Shown: positions 12,061 through 25,254 of the stretch, one piece after another | Layout: each line of letters starts with the position of its first letter | Position numbering within the stretch: position 1 is the stretch's first letter | NCBI RefSeq assembly: GCF_044704955.1 | Contig: NW_027251278.1 | Location: 1,054,001 to 1,118,000, forward strand | Length of the DNA: 64,000 bases | Direction of reading: 5' to 3' | Origin: Pristiophorus japonicus | Lineage: Eukaryota | Translations under genes and position numbers: made by a program | Notes under the pieces: model-generated | The model's database searches: none | What the model was told of the DNA's origin: nothing | Seen by the model: the letters and a program-made list of their open reading frames with translations, nothing else

Positions 12061-12289
12061 ATAAGGGTGTTTTGGATTTTAGAAAGAATTTTATAACTAG
12101 ATACCTCCTGTTGCAAACTCTGGCTTTAAAAGTCTTTGTTCCCTCAGTAACGTCTCCCAAGCCAAGCTCCTTGCTGTCGAAGTGATATTTCTGGCTAGTT
12201 TTCCATGTGTTTGTGTGGGTTTTTTGCCTATAAATAATGACGGGAATGATCTATTTATTTATGTGCCTGCTGTTACTGGGAGCTGCTGT

Positions 12290-14185
12290 GGACCCCCGGC
12301 TCCCGGATCTCCAGCACCCAGTTCCTCAACACCCGGACCCTCAACACCGGGCACCCTGGGCCCCCGGCACCCTGCCCCCCCTCCCGGACCCCCGGCACCC
12401 TGCCCCCCTCCCGGACCCTGCACCCCCGGCACCCTGCCCCCCTCCCGGACCCTGGACCCCCGGCGCCTCCCTCCCAGACCCTCGGAGTCTCCATCCCTCC
12501 CGGACCCCCGGCACCCTGCCCCCCTCCCGGACCCTGGACCCCCGGCGCCTCCCTCCCAGACCCTCGGAGTCTCCATCCCTCCCGGACCCCCGGCACCCTG
12601 CCCCTCTCCCGGACCCCCGGCACCCTGCCCCTCTCCCGGACCCCCGGCACCCTGCCCCTCTCCCGGACCCCCGGCGCCTCCCTCCCGGACCCTGGACCCC
12701 CGGCGCCTCCCTCCCGGACCCTGGACCCCCGGCGCCTCCCTCCCGGACCCTGGACCCCCGGCGCCTCCCTCCCGGACCCTGGACCCCCGGCGCCTCCCTC
12801 CCGGACCCTGGACCCCCGGCGCCTCCCTCCCGGACCCTGGACCCCCGGCGCCTCCCTCCCGGACCCTGGACCCCCGGCGCCTCCCTCCCGGACCCTGGAC
12901 CCCCGGCGCCTCCCTCCCGGACCCTGGACCCCCGGCGCCTCCCTCCCGGACCCTGGACCCCCGGCGCCTCCCTCCCGGACCCTGGACCCCCGGCGCCTCC
13001 CTCCCGGACCCTGGACCCCCGGCGCCTCCCTCCCGGACCCTGGACCCCCGGCGCCTCCCTCCCGGACCCCGGACCCCCGGCGCCTCCCTCCCGACCCCCG
13101 GCGCCCCCCTCCCGGACCCCGGACCCCCGGCGCCTCCCTCCCGGACCCCGGACCCCCGGCGCCTCCCTCCCGGACCCCGGACCCCCGGCGCCTCCCTCCC
13201 GGACCCCGGACCCCCGGCGCCTCCCTCCCGGACCCCGGACCCCCGGCGCCTCCCTCCCGGACCCCGGACCCCCGGCGCCTCCCTCCCGGACCCCGGACCC
13301 CCGGCGCCTCCCTCCCGGACCCCGGACCCCCGGCGCCTCCCTCCCGGACCCCGGACCCCCGGCGCCTCCCTCCCGGACCCCGGACCCCCGGCGCCTCCCT
13401 CCCGGACCCCGGACCCCCGGCGCCTCCCTCCCGGACCCCGGACCCCCGGCGCCTCCCTCCCGGACCCCGGACCCCCGGCGCCTCCCTCCCGGACCCCGGA
13501 CCCCCGGCGCCTCCCTCCCGGACCCCGGACCCCCGGCGCCTCCCTCCCGGACCCCGGACCCCCGGCGCCTCCCTCCCGGACCCCGGACCCCCGGCGCCTC
13601 CCTCCCGGACCCCGGACCCCCGGCGCCTCCCTCCCGGACCCCGGACCCCCGGCGCCTCCCTCCCGGACCCCGGACCCCCGGCGCCTCCCTCCCGGACCCC
13701 GGACCCCCGGCGCCTCCCTCCCGGACCCCGGACCCCCGGCGCCTCCCTCCCGGACCCCGGACCCCCGGCGCCTCCCTCCCGGACCCCGGACCCCCGGCGC
13801 CTCCCTCCCGGACCCCGGGCGCCTCCCTCCCGGACCCCGGACCCCCGGCGCCTCCCTCCCGGACCCCGGACCCCCGGCGCCTCCCTCCCGGACCCCGGAC
13901 CCCCGGCGCCTCCCTCCCGGACCCCGGACCCCCGGCGCCTCCCTCCCGGACCCCGGACCCCCGGCGCCTCCCTCCCGGACCCCGGACCCCCGGCGCCTCC
14001 CTCCCGGACCCCCGGCGCCTCCCTCCCGGACCCCCGGCGCCTCCCTCCCGGACCCCCGGCGCCTCCCTCCCGGACCCCCGGCGCCTCCCTCCCGGACCCC
14101 CGGCGCCTCCCTCCCGGACCCCCGGCGCCTCCCTCCCGGACCCTGGACCCCCGGCGCCTCCCTCCCGGACCCCCGGACCCCCGCA
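12290..14185. repeat. GC-rich 29-bp minisatellite (ggaccccggacccccggcgcctccctccc)
   Basis: Homogeneous core with degenerate flanks. It is the source of the Pro-rich and Gly-rich pseudo-ORFs. Confidence 0.97.
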
Positions 14186-15584
14186 CACGATGCTTGCATC
14201 AGCATAGCCCGTGGTGCGACGCCACTGGAGCCGCACGGTTTAAAACCTGGCCTGTTTTCTGCTCTGACCCTCCGTAGCCCCCCTCCCTCGCTTCCCCCGA
14301 GAGGGCCGTTCCTCACTGGGAGGGGGAGAGTGTTGGGAGGCTCTCGCCCGTGGGGAGCTTCAGCAAGCGAGCGCGATCCCGACATCGCTGCCTCTCCAGC
14401 ATGGAGGTACTGAGACCCGTGGGCTGCCTGCCCTCCCCTCTCTGAGCCTGGGGGTCAGCTGGGCTTTAAACCCTCATGGGCTGGGGGCTGGGCTGGTGGC
14501 CCAGTGCAAACTCCAGTGACTGGTCATGGTGATGTCCCGGAGCTGGAGGGGCTCCCCAGGATACCACCCGTCGTGGTACTGAGGCTTATGGCCCCTGCTC
14601 TGCTGCATCAGCTCCCCTCTGTCGGGGGCAACAGTTAGCCGTCGCACCACTCTGTTAGGGAGAAAGGTGGGGGTAGGGATCGGCCTATGTTCCTGCTCCC
14701 AATCACCACCCAGTGACCCCGACTGCTGGCTCGGCTGGGATCCTTGTTTTTCAAGCAGTCTCTCAACCCTCTTAACCCCTGTCACTGTGCCTCGGGAACT
14801 CCAAGCCCAGCCATGGAGTGAGTGAGACCGTACACGACAATACTAACAATCAAAGGTTTGCCCAGTCGTGCGAACCCGAGCCTGGTCAAGCCAGCTGGTA
14901 TATCATCCCATCCTCAGGCTGTCACATTCAGGCTAAAACTACTAGTCTAATTTACGTACAAGTAAGATAATTACACAGAAGCCGAAACGCACAGCAAGCA
15001 CCCAGCAGCAAAACGTTGGCAAATTATCAGAAGTTCTTCATTATTTGAGTTAATCAAAACCTCAACTGTTTCAACAGTCCTAACTGTGCCGCAGTTCCAT
15101 TGCTCTGTAAAGGACTCCTTCTGATCCTCTGCAAGCTGCTCTCTATCAACATCTCAAAGACATGTGGCAATTGCTGCATTTTAATTAATGAATACAGGCA
15201 GCGAGGGCACAGGGAGAGCTCCCTCGGGCACGTGGCCGCCTCGAGACCGATTTTAATTACCTATCCACTCAAATTACGGTCCGGGGCTTTCTGCAATTGT
15301 TTAACATTTCTGTCTCTACAGTCCTACCACCAGGTCTCAGAGTGGGTCACTTATCACTTTGTAGTCCGGACTGTTCAATGGAACCACCAGCAGAGACAGA
15401 GTGAGCGCTTTAACAACAACAACTTACATTTATACAGTGCCTTTACTGTTGTAAAACGTCCCAGGAGTGTTGTCAGGCACTGAGCCACATTCGGACAGGT
15501 GACCAAAAGCTTGTAGGTTTTAAGGAGTGTTTTAAAGGTGGAGAGATTTAGGGAGGGAATTCCAGAGCTTCGGGCCCAGGTATA

Positions 15585-16240
15585 AGAACATAAGATATAG
15601 GATCCGGAGAAGGCAATACGGCCCCTCGAGCCTGCTCCGCCATTCAATACGATCATGGCTGATCCGATCATGGACTCAGCTCCACTTCCCCGCCCGCTCC
15701 CCATAACCCCTTATCATCTTATCCCCTTATCGGTTAAGAAACTATTTCTGTCTTAAATTTATTCAATGTCCCAGCTTCCACAGCTCTCTGAGGCAGCGAA
15801 TTCCACAGATTTACAACCCTCTGAGAGAAGAAATTTCTCCTCATCTCTGTTTTAAATGGGCGGCCCCTTATTCTAAGACCATGCCCCCTAGTTCTAGTCT
15901 CCCCCATCAGTGGAAACATCCTCTCTGCATCCACCTTGTCAAGCCCCCTCATAATCTTCTACGTTTCGATAAGATCACCTCTCATTCTTCTGAATTCCAA
16001 CCTACTCGACCTTTCCTCATAAGTCAACTCCCTCATCCCCAGAGTCAACCGAGTGAACCTTCTCTGAACTGCCTCCAAAGCAAGTATATCCTTTCGTAAA
16101 TATGGAAACTAAAACTGCACGCAGTATTCCAGGTGTGGCCTCACCAATACTCTATATAGCTGTCGCAAGACTTCCCTGCTTTTATACTCCATCCCCTTTG
16201 CAATAAAGGCCAACATTCCATTGCCTTGATCACTTGCTGA
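15585..16240 (-). mobile_element. CR1 3' fragment, adjacent to an older L2-like tail (about 15410-15580)
   Basis: ORF 15734-15952 reads MRGLDKVDAERMFPLMGETRTRGH...RVVNLWNSLP. Confidence 0.9.
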
Positions 16241-16599
16241 AAGCATAGCCATCAATGGTGGGTCGACGGAGAAGTCTGGTCTCAGTACATCTCTTCACCC
16301 ACCGATGATGGTCTCCTCACAATTCGAACCCCATTGGGCGTCGGCTTGGGTTGGATCAGACCCCATTGTGTTGCACAGAGTTACGGGCTCCCATCGTCTG
16401 GTCCTCTGCACATGGGGCTGATCCTGGTTTGTCCTCTCGCTGCCGATTGATGCTGCTTTTATTCCCTCAGCCCCAGTGCAAACATTTCTAACTGGGTCAG
16501 GCAGGACTGTTAGAGAGCTCAACCAACCTCGCCTCCTGTTTGAGACCGAGTATTCCTAGCTACGGTCAGATGTAAGCCATGGCGCTGGGTCACACCCCC

Positions 16600-17170
16600 G
16601 AGTCAGTAGGTCGGGGAGTCAAGTCCCACTCCAGAGATTTGAGCACACAATCTAGGCTAACACTCCAATGCAGTACTGAGGGAGCGCTGCACTGTCGGAG
16701 GGGCAGTACTGAGGGAGTGCCGCACTGTCGGAGGGGCAGTAATGAGGGAGCGCTGCACTGTCGGAGGGGCAGTAATGAGGGAGCGCTGCACTGTCGGAGG
16801 GGCAGTACTGAGGGAGTGCTACACTGTCGGAGGGGCAGTACTGAGGGAGCGCTGCACTGTCAGAGGTGCCATCCTTTGGATGAGACGTTAAACCGAGGCC
16901 CCGTCTGTCCTGTCGGATGGATGTAGACAATCCCATGGTTACTATTTGAAGAAGAGCGGGGGAGTTCTCCCCACTGTCCCTTCAACCAACATCAATGAAA
17001 CAGATTATATGGTCATTATCACATTGCTGTTTGTGGGAGCTTGCTGTGCTCAAATTTGCTGTCGCGTTTCCCACATTACACGGTGACTACACTTCTAAAA
17101 GTATTTCATTGGCTGTAAAGCACTTTCGGATGTCCTGAGGTTGTGAAAGGTGTTATATAAATGCGAGTTC
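16600..17170 (+). mobile_element. Near-complete Deu-domain SINE (SacSINE1/AmnSINE1-like) with about 6 internal 33-bp repeats
   Basis: tRNA-like head, then gcagtactgagggag.gc.gcactgtcggaggg units, then gatgagacgttaaaccgagg...cccatgg, ending in the tail tgtaaagcactttcggatgtcctgaggttgtgaaaggtgttatataaatgc. Confidence 0.8.
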
Positions 17171-18769
17171 TTGTGTCGACAGTAGTAATCACACTCCAGT
17201 GTGAAAGCCCGTGAACTGCCTACTCTCCACTCTGAGTGGTAAATGTTACATAGTCAGTGTCCTGTTCAGGTTAAAACTAACAGGCCAATTTATTTACACA
17301 CACAATTACACAGAAGCAGAAACGTCCAGCAAGTAACTAGTGGTAAGTTTTAAGATGTCCGAGACCCCCCCAGGGCCCTCCTCTCTCCAATACCTCATAA
17401 CCTAAAGGGAGGGGAAGTGGGACTAGCTGAAGTGCTCTTGCAGAGAGCCAGCATGGACTCATAGAAACATAAAAATTAGGTGCAGGAGTAGGCCATTCTG
17501 CCCTTCGACCCTGCACTGCCATTTAATAAGATCATGGCTGATCATTCGAAGGGCCGAATGGCCTCCTTCTGTGCTGTAACTGTTCTATGATAAGTCAGGT
17601 AGACAATGGTCTGAACATCGGCCGGGCTGGTTGTTGAGTCGTTTACTTCTGAACCCCAGATGAACTCTTGAGTGTGAATTCTGATGCAATTTAACTTGTG
17701 AAAGACCAGCACTGACCTAATTCTGCGAAAGGTGGCTCGCCCCGACCCTAGACTTGTTTTGTGTATTGCTTTTCCCCGAACAGCAGGATAAAGAGAGCCA
17801 GCCTCCGCTGTACAACCACAATGCACATTGCTGCCTGCCGCCCCTCACGGCCCAATAGCTATCCACCTTGTGACCCATGGGAGGAGTGACCACTTGAGCA
17901 AGGAGGGCATGAGGTGCACACGGAACTGCCTCCCCGCGATCCAGTGTTTGAGGGTGGGGGGAGGGGGGAAATGGGCGACAGTGACAAGGGGAGGAGAGAT
18001 GGGTGCTAGGGGGTGAGTGGGAGGGGTAAGGCCACCGGTTTCTGAAGGCCGATGAGAATGTATCGCTGCTGCTCCGATTGCTTCCTTGCCTGGTGGTTTA
18101 CATTTAACTGTTCTCTCCAGTACGCATTTCCAATGGTGTAAGTTTGTGAGTCGATCAGTGTGCACAGCAGAGACAGATCCCACCCTCTCCACAGGGCTGC
18201 CAACCCTGTCCCCCATCCCCTGGCTAACAGGCCCCCCTCCCCCACCCAGCTCCCAGCCTGTGGACTGTGGGGGGCCTCACTCTCAGCCGACACACCGGCT
18301 CAGCCTGGATTCTCTGACCGCTGGGCCTGTGTCCAGTTACACTGGGAATGACCAGTCTGATGTGAACAGATGTTACAGCCAGAGTTAAAGGCACAGTCCC
18401 TCCTGTTTCCCCTTTCAGCTCCACCTGCAGTGGCCAGAGGAACACTGGTAAATGATGGGCCTCTCGTATCCCTCTCTCTCACTGTCTCTCTCGCTCACTC
18501 TCTCTCTCTCTCTGTCTCTCTCGCTCACTGACTCTCTCTGTCTGTCTCTAGCACTCTCTCTGCCTGTGGCCGTGGGCATGATTTGTTCCCCTCTTTGACC
18601 TTTTTCCGACGTGTATGTGGTGTGTATGCTTAATTTTTCACTTGCTGTAATAACCTAGATCTGAAATAAAAGGTATCGCGACTGGCGAGCTCTGTCTCCT
18701 CTCCTCTTTATTGTACCATTCGCTGTTTCTTGCATATCCCCCGCTCCGTAAATTTCAATATCGCAGAGA

Positions 18770-19335
18770 GGGGCCTGGCCCTGAGGGACAGGAGAGGAGC
18801 CCTGGGGGGGGGACAGGCCTGGAGGAGATGGACGGGGGGGGGGGGGGGGGGGTTTCCAGGGGAGAGGAGAGGGGCCTGGGGGTACAGGCCTGGAGGGGAT
18901 GAGGAGGGGGGCCCAAGTCCTGGGGACAGGAGAGGGGCCCCGGGGGGACAGGCTCGGAGGGGGCGGGGGAAGAGGAGCCCAGGCCCTGGGGACCGGGAGA
19001 GGAGCCCCGGGGGAGGCGGGGGAAGAGGAGCCCAGGCCCTGGGGACCGGGAGAGGGGCCCCGGGGGAAGAGGGACCCAGGCCCTGGGGACCGGGAGAGGG
19101 GCCCCAGGGGAACAGGCCCGGAGGGGACGGGGGAAGAGGGGCCCAGGTCCTGGGGACGGGAGAGGGGCCCCTGGGGAGAGGGGGGGCCTGGAGAGGATGG
19201 CGGAGGGGGCCGGGGGAGGGGTGTCAGGGGACAGGCCTGGAGCGGAGGAGACCGGAGGAGACCGGGGGGGCCCCTGGGTGAACAGCCTGGAGCGGGGGGC
19301 GACCCGGTCCGGCCCAGGGGAGAGGGGCCTGGGGG
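18770..19335. repeat. Degenerate G-rich tandem repeat (ggagaggggccc...ggggacaggcc)
   Basis: Recurring motifs ccctggggaccgggagagg and ggggaagagg. Confidence 0.8.
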
Positions 19336-19337
19336 AC

Positions 19338-19685
19338 ATTGAAACTAAAGATTCTGAGGGAGATTGACAGAGTAGATGCTGAGAGGATGTTTCCCCCGGG
19401 CTGGGGAGTCTAGAACCAGGGGTCACAGTCTCAGGATAAAGGTCGGCCATTTAAGACGGAGATGAGGAGGAACTTCTTCACTCAGAGGGTTGTAAATCTG
19501 GAATTCTCTGCCCAGAGGCTTGTGGATGCTCAGTGTCTCAGCGATAGATTTGTGGACTCTCAGGGAATCCAGGGATATGGGGACAGTGCAGGCAGGTGGG
19601 GCTGAGCTGAAGATCAGCCCTGGGAATGGCAGAGCAGGCTCGAGGGGCCATGTGGCCGACTTCTGCTATTTCTTACGTTCTTGTA
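19338..19685 (+). mobile_element. CR1 3' fragment
   Basis: agtctagaaccaggggtcacagtctcagg...aacttcttcactcagaggg followed by a CR1 tail. Confidence 0.85.
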
Positions 19686-20049
19686 GGAGAGAGTCCGGGA
19701 CTTATGGGCCTGAACCCATGTCGCCAGATTGGGAGGAGGATCAGAAACAGGAGCTGATGGTGATGGGGTCGGTTGTTGTACAACCGGTGCCGTAAATACC
19801 AGCCAGTGACCAGCCCTCAAACCACAAACTCGTGCTTCAACCTCACTGACCCACAAATCACAGCCTCCCCTCCCCGGACCCCGAACCTCACTCTCGCCCT
19901 GCCCAGCGCACAGTGAAGCAGAATGTTGATTCACTCAATGATGGTGTCTTTAGTACAGTGACCCGCTCTCCAACCCTCGCCCCACCCAACAGCCTCAACC
20001 CCAGTGACCCACCACCTTCTCACCATTGCCCGCAGCCCACAGGACTGTG

Positions 20050-21232
20050 GATGTGTAACAGCTACGATACAGAAAGCAGAGAGTCGTGGTGATCGGTTGT
20101 TTCTCAGACTAGAGGGGGTGATAGTGTTGCCCCCAGGGGTCAATATTAGGACCACCTCTTTTCAATGTATATTAATAACCCGGACTTGGGTAGAAAGGGC
20201 AACATTGCAAAACTGGGAAATGTGGTGAACACTGAGGTGGATAGTGACCGATTTCATCGTCGCTGGGTCACAATCCTGGAACTCCCTCCCCAACAGCACT
20301 GTGGGAGCACCTTCACCACACGGACTGCAGCGGTTCAAGAAGGCGGCTCACCACCACCTTCTCAAGGGGCAATTAGGGATGGGCAATAAACGCCGGCCTT
20401 GCCAGCGACGCCACATCCCAGGAACAAATGTTGAAAGAACACAGACTTCAGGATGGCATAGACAGACTGGTGAATTGGGCAGGCATGTAGCAGAGGAAAT
20501 CTAACAGAGAAATATGAGGTGATTCATTTTGGTAGGAAGGAGGAGGAGAGGCGAGAGAAACTAACTGGTGCTGGAACAGAGAGACCTGGGGGTATGTGTA
20601 CACAAATCTTTGAAGGTGGCAGGACAGGTTGAGGAGATTGTTACAAAGTACATGGTCTCTTGGGCTTTATTAATAGAGGGTCAGAATACCAAAGCAAGGA
20701 AGCTATGCTAAACCTGTATAAAACACTGGTTCAGCCATAACTGGAGTATTGTGTCCAATTCTGGGCCCCGCACTTTAGGAAGGATGTGAAGGCCTTGGAG
20801 AGGGAGCAGAGAAGATTGACGAGAATGATTCCAGGGATGAGGGACTTCAGTGACGGGGATAGACTGGAGAAGCTGGGGTTGTTCTCCTTGGAGCAGAGAA
20901 GGTTGAGAGGAGATTTGATCGAGGTGTTCACAATCATGAGGGGTTTTGATAGAGAACGGTGGCAGAAGGGCCAGTAACCAGAGGACGCAGATTTAAGGTG
21001 ATTGGCAAAAGAGTCAGAGGCAACACGAGGACACACATTTGTACGCGGTGAGTTGTTGTGATCGAGAACACGCTGCCTGAAAGGAGTGGATTCAAGTGAC
21101 TGGATAAATACTGGGAGGGACAATTTGCCGGGTTGTGGGGAAAGAACCAGGGAGTGGGACTGATTGCATCGCTCTGGCACAGTGCTGGCACAGGCTCGAT
21201 GGGCCCAATGGCCTCCTGTGTTGTGTCATTCT
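20050..21232 (+). mobile_element. Old CR1 fragment with the 3' end of a different LINE nested at about 20255-20430
   Basis: ORF 20786-20977 reads LEREQRRLTRMIPGM...RRLRGDLIEVF. The nested segment reads SWNSLPNSTVG...LQRFKKAAHHHLL. Confidence 0.8.
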
Positions 21233-21353
21233 ATAATTGCCGGCCTTGCCAGTGATTCAGAGGAAAAATGAAGACCCTGCAGTGGTGCTGGTGGAAACAT
21301 CGTTCAGTGGCTGTCCGGGCCTCGTTTCCCAGAGAGCTGCAGTGTGTGTGTGA

Positions 21354-22112
<759 letters not shown>

Positions 22113-22157
22113 GTGCCTGTTACTCTTGGAGTGTGACTATTACTCTCTCTCTTTCAG

Positions 22158-22215
22158 TATGAAGCGAGCAGCCTCTCTGAATTACCTCAATCGGACTGGC
22201 GATGAAACGTTCCAG
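22158..22215 (+). CDS. KLC4: Kinesin light chain penultimate exon ((S)MKRAASLNYLNRTGDETFQ)
   Basis: ttcag acceptor and CAG|gtaagg donor. The phase fits the previous exon (AG+T = Ser). MKRAASLNYLN is the KLC4-type motif. Confidence 0.85.
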
Positions 22216-22607
22216 GTAAGGTCAGAGGCCAGCTGGACACACTGACCTGGGCAGGACTGAGCATGACTGAGTGACAAGCTCACAACCAAAAATCAGTAAA
22301 ATAGAGAGAGAACTTTAGAGAGGAAAAATATATAGAGGGACGAAGAGAACAGGACAGGGGCAGAGAGAGAGAAACAAAGGGGGGGCCGACAGGGAGAGGG
22401 AGAAAGGGTGCAGAGAGGGAGAGAGAGAAAGGGTGCGGGAAGGGAGAGGTAACCGAGAGGGAGATATGGGGGAGGGAACAGAGAGTGGAATATGAGGGTG
22501 GGGACAGAGAGAGGGGGATATGGGGGGGGATGAAAAAGGGAGATATGGGGGGGGGACAGAAGGACAGGGACACGCTCATTCTCACACACACACACTTTCA
22601 TATTTCA

Positions 22608-25100
22608 GGGGAACCAGTGGATGTAGTATATTTGGATTTTCAAAAGGCATTTGATAAGGTCCCTCACAAAAGGTTGTTACATTGGTTTAGGGCTCACGGG
22701 GTTGGAGGTAATATACTAGCATGGATTGAGGATTGGTTAATGGACAGAAAGCAGCGAGGAGGGATAACCGGGTCGTTTTCGGGTTGGCAGGCTGTAACTA
22801 GTGGGGTGCCGCAGGGATCAGTGTTGGGGCCCCAGCTATTCACAATCTATATTACTGACTTAGATGAAGGGACCGAGTGTAATGTATCCAAGTTTGCTGA
22901 CGATACAAAACTAGGTGGGAAAGTAAGCTGTGAGGAGGACATCAGGGGCTGGAAATTAGGTACATGTTTTTCCAAGGCATTAATGTTGGGCGGTAGATAA
23001 ATTCCGCACTGGGAAATGGTTTGCGTCGGCAGCCAACAAATTCAGCGGTTGTGCCCTGACAGCGGAGTGGAGCGCGAAGGGAAACGTTCCACGCGCTAGG
23101 CCGCTGTACAACTGAATATCCCGAGCTAAGGAGCCGGCTTCATAGCAACCAATCGGAGGCCTCCCTGCAACAGCAAAAAATCGGGACAAAAAAACACAAA
23201 ATTCCCGATACATTACTCGCCCCAAATGAAGTTAAATCGCAAAAACATGACAACAATCGCACTTGCCTCCTGCAGCCATTCCTTCCCCACCGACGCCGGG
23301 ACAGCGCTGCACGCCAGCTTTCTCTGGCGGGGTCACTACAGGTTCAGAGCAAAACCAATTTTGATTGTGGGTCGATACCGGGGGGCGTTGTACACCGCGC
23401 TTGTGGCTGCCGGCCCTTTGCCACCCGTTCTGACCATCGCGAGGTACGGTATCCGAGCAAGTTTCTAGCCCAAAGAACCTCCAAAAGTATATAGACAGAC
23501 TAAGTGAGTGGGCAATAAGGCGGCAGAGGGAGTCTAATGTGGGCAAATGGGAGGTTATCCACTTTGGTGGTAAGAATGGAAAGCATTTTTTAACTGCTGA
23601 GAAACGATTAAATGCTCAGAGAGATTTGGGTGTCCTTCTACAGGAAACACAGGAAAATGCTGGGGCCGCAACTATTTACAATCTATATTAATGACTCGGA
23701 TGAAGGGACCGAGTGCAATGTAGCCAGATTTGCTGACGATACAAAGATAGGCAGGAAAGCAAGCTGTGAAGAGGACACACAGAATCTGCAAAGGGATATA
23801 GACAGGTTAGGTGAGTGGGCAAAAATTTGGCAGATGGGCTATAATGTGGAAAAATGTGAGGTTATCCAGTTTGGTAGGAAAAATAAAAAAGCAGATTATT
23901 ATTTAAATGGGGAGCGATTACAAAATGCTGCGGTACAGCGGGATCTGGGGGTCCTCTACACAAAACACAAAAAGTTAGTATGCAGGTACAGCAAGTAGGG
24001 ATATACTTGCTTTGGAGGCAGTTCAGAGAAGGTTCATGAGGTTGATTCTGGAGATGAAGCGGTTGTCTTATGAAGATAGGTTGAGTAGGTTGGGCCTATA
24101 CCCATTGGAGTTTAGAAGAATGAGAGGTGATCTGATTGAAACACATAATATTCTGAGGGAGCTGGACAGGGTAGATGCAGAGAGGATGTTTCCCCCCCAT
24201 GGGGGAATCTAGAACTAGGGGGTATAGTATCAGAATAAGGGGCCGCCCATTTAAAACGGAGATGAGGAGGAATTTCTTCTCTGAGGGTCGTGAATCTTTT
24301 GAATTCTCTGCCCCAGAGAGCTGTGGAGGCTGGGTCAATGAATATATTTGAGGTAGAGATAGACAGATTTTTGAACGATAAGGGAGACAAGGGTTATGGG
24401 GAGTGGGCAGGGAAGTGGAGCTGAGCCCAAGATCAGATCAGCCATGATCTTATTAAATGACGGAGCAGGTTCGAGGGACCGAATGGCCGAGTCTTGCTCC
24501 TATTTCTTATGTTAACATAAAGGTGCAGCAAGCAATTAGGAAGGCAAATGGAATGTTGGAATGGTTGGAGTGTAACAGTAAAGAAGTCTTGCTACAACTG
24601 TACAGGGCCCTGGTGAGACCACACCTGGAGTACTGCGTACAGTTTGAGTCTCCGTATCTAAGGAAGGATATACTTGCCTTGGAGGCGGTACAACAAAGGT
24701 TCACCAGACTGATTCCTGGGATGAGAGGGTTGTCCTATGAGGAGAGATTGAGTAGATTGGGCCGATACTCTCTGGAGTTTAGAAGAATGAGAGGTGATCT
24801 CAATGAAACGTACCAGATTCTGACAGGGTAGATGCTGGGAGGATGTTTCCCCTGGGCTGGAGAGTCCAGAACCAGGGGTCACAGTCTCAGGATAAGGGGC
24901 CGCGATTTAAGACCAAGATGGGGAAGAATTTCTTCACTCAGAGGGTTGTGAATCTTTAGAATTCTCTATCCCAAAAGGTTGTGGTATATTCAAGGTTGAG
25001 ATAGGTGGAGTTGAGGTTGACGATTAGCCATGATCTCATTGACTGGCGGAGCAGGCTCGAGGGGCCGTAGGCCCAACTCCTGCTCCGATTTCTGATGTTC
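22608..25100 (+). mobile_element. Cluster of at least three CR1 fragments in the last KLC intron
   Basis: ORFs with [30 protein letters not shown] and RPHLEYCVQF. CR1 tails end near 24515 and 25100. Confidence 0.92.
22946..23471. mobile_element. MITE-like non-autonomous DNA element with 12-bp imperfect terminal inverted repeats, inserted in CR1
   Basis: The left end gggctggaaatt and right end agtttctagccc are inverted. CR1 sequence (gaggaggac...aaag...atagacag) resumes on both sides. No clean TSD. Confidence 0.7.
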
Positions 25101-25164
25101 TGTGTGATCGTGTCTCCTTCAATGCGGAGCAGTGAGCTGTGTGTTTCTCCTGGTTTTCCTGTAG

Positions 25165-25254
25165 GGCACTCGGAGTAACCTGGCGGAGTCGAGGGGTTTG
25201 AGTGCCAGTAACGTGGACCTTTCTCACCGCTCGTCTCTCCTGGGGCAGAACTAG
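25165..25254 (+). CDS. KLC4: Kinesin light chain last coding exon (GTRSNLAESRGLSASNVDLSHRSSLLGQN*)
   Basis: Polypyrimidine tract with tag acceptor, phase 0. SRGLSAS..DLS resembles the KLC4 and KLC2 C-termini. TAG at 25252-25254. Confidence 0.8.
   Translation, partial: GTRSNLAESRGLSASNVDLSHRSSLLGQN

Noticed and set aside
12182-14413. Collagen-like or proline-rich ORFs of 630-740 aa
   Set aside because: The 29-bp unit is not a multiple of 3, lacks stops in any frame, and gives no sustained Gly-X-Y register.
18665-18670. AATAAA as the end of a separate gene
   Set aside because: No coding exons were found nearby. At most it is a distal poly(A) site of an alternative KLC 3' end, which cannot be supported from sequence alone.
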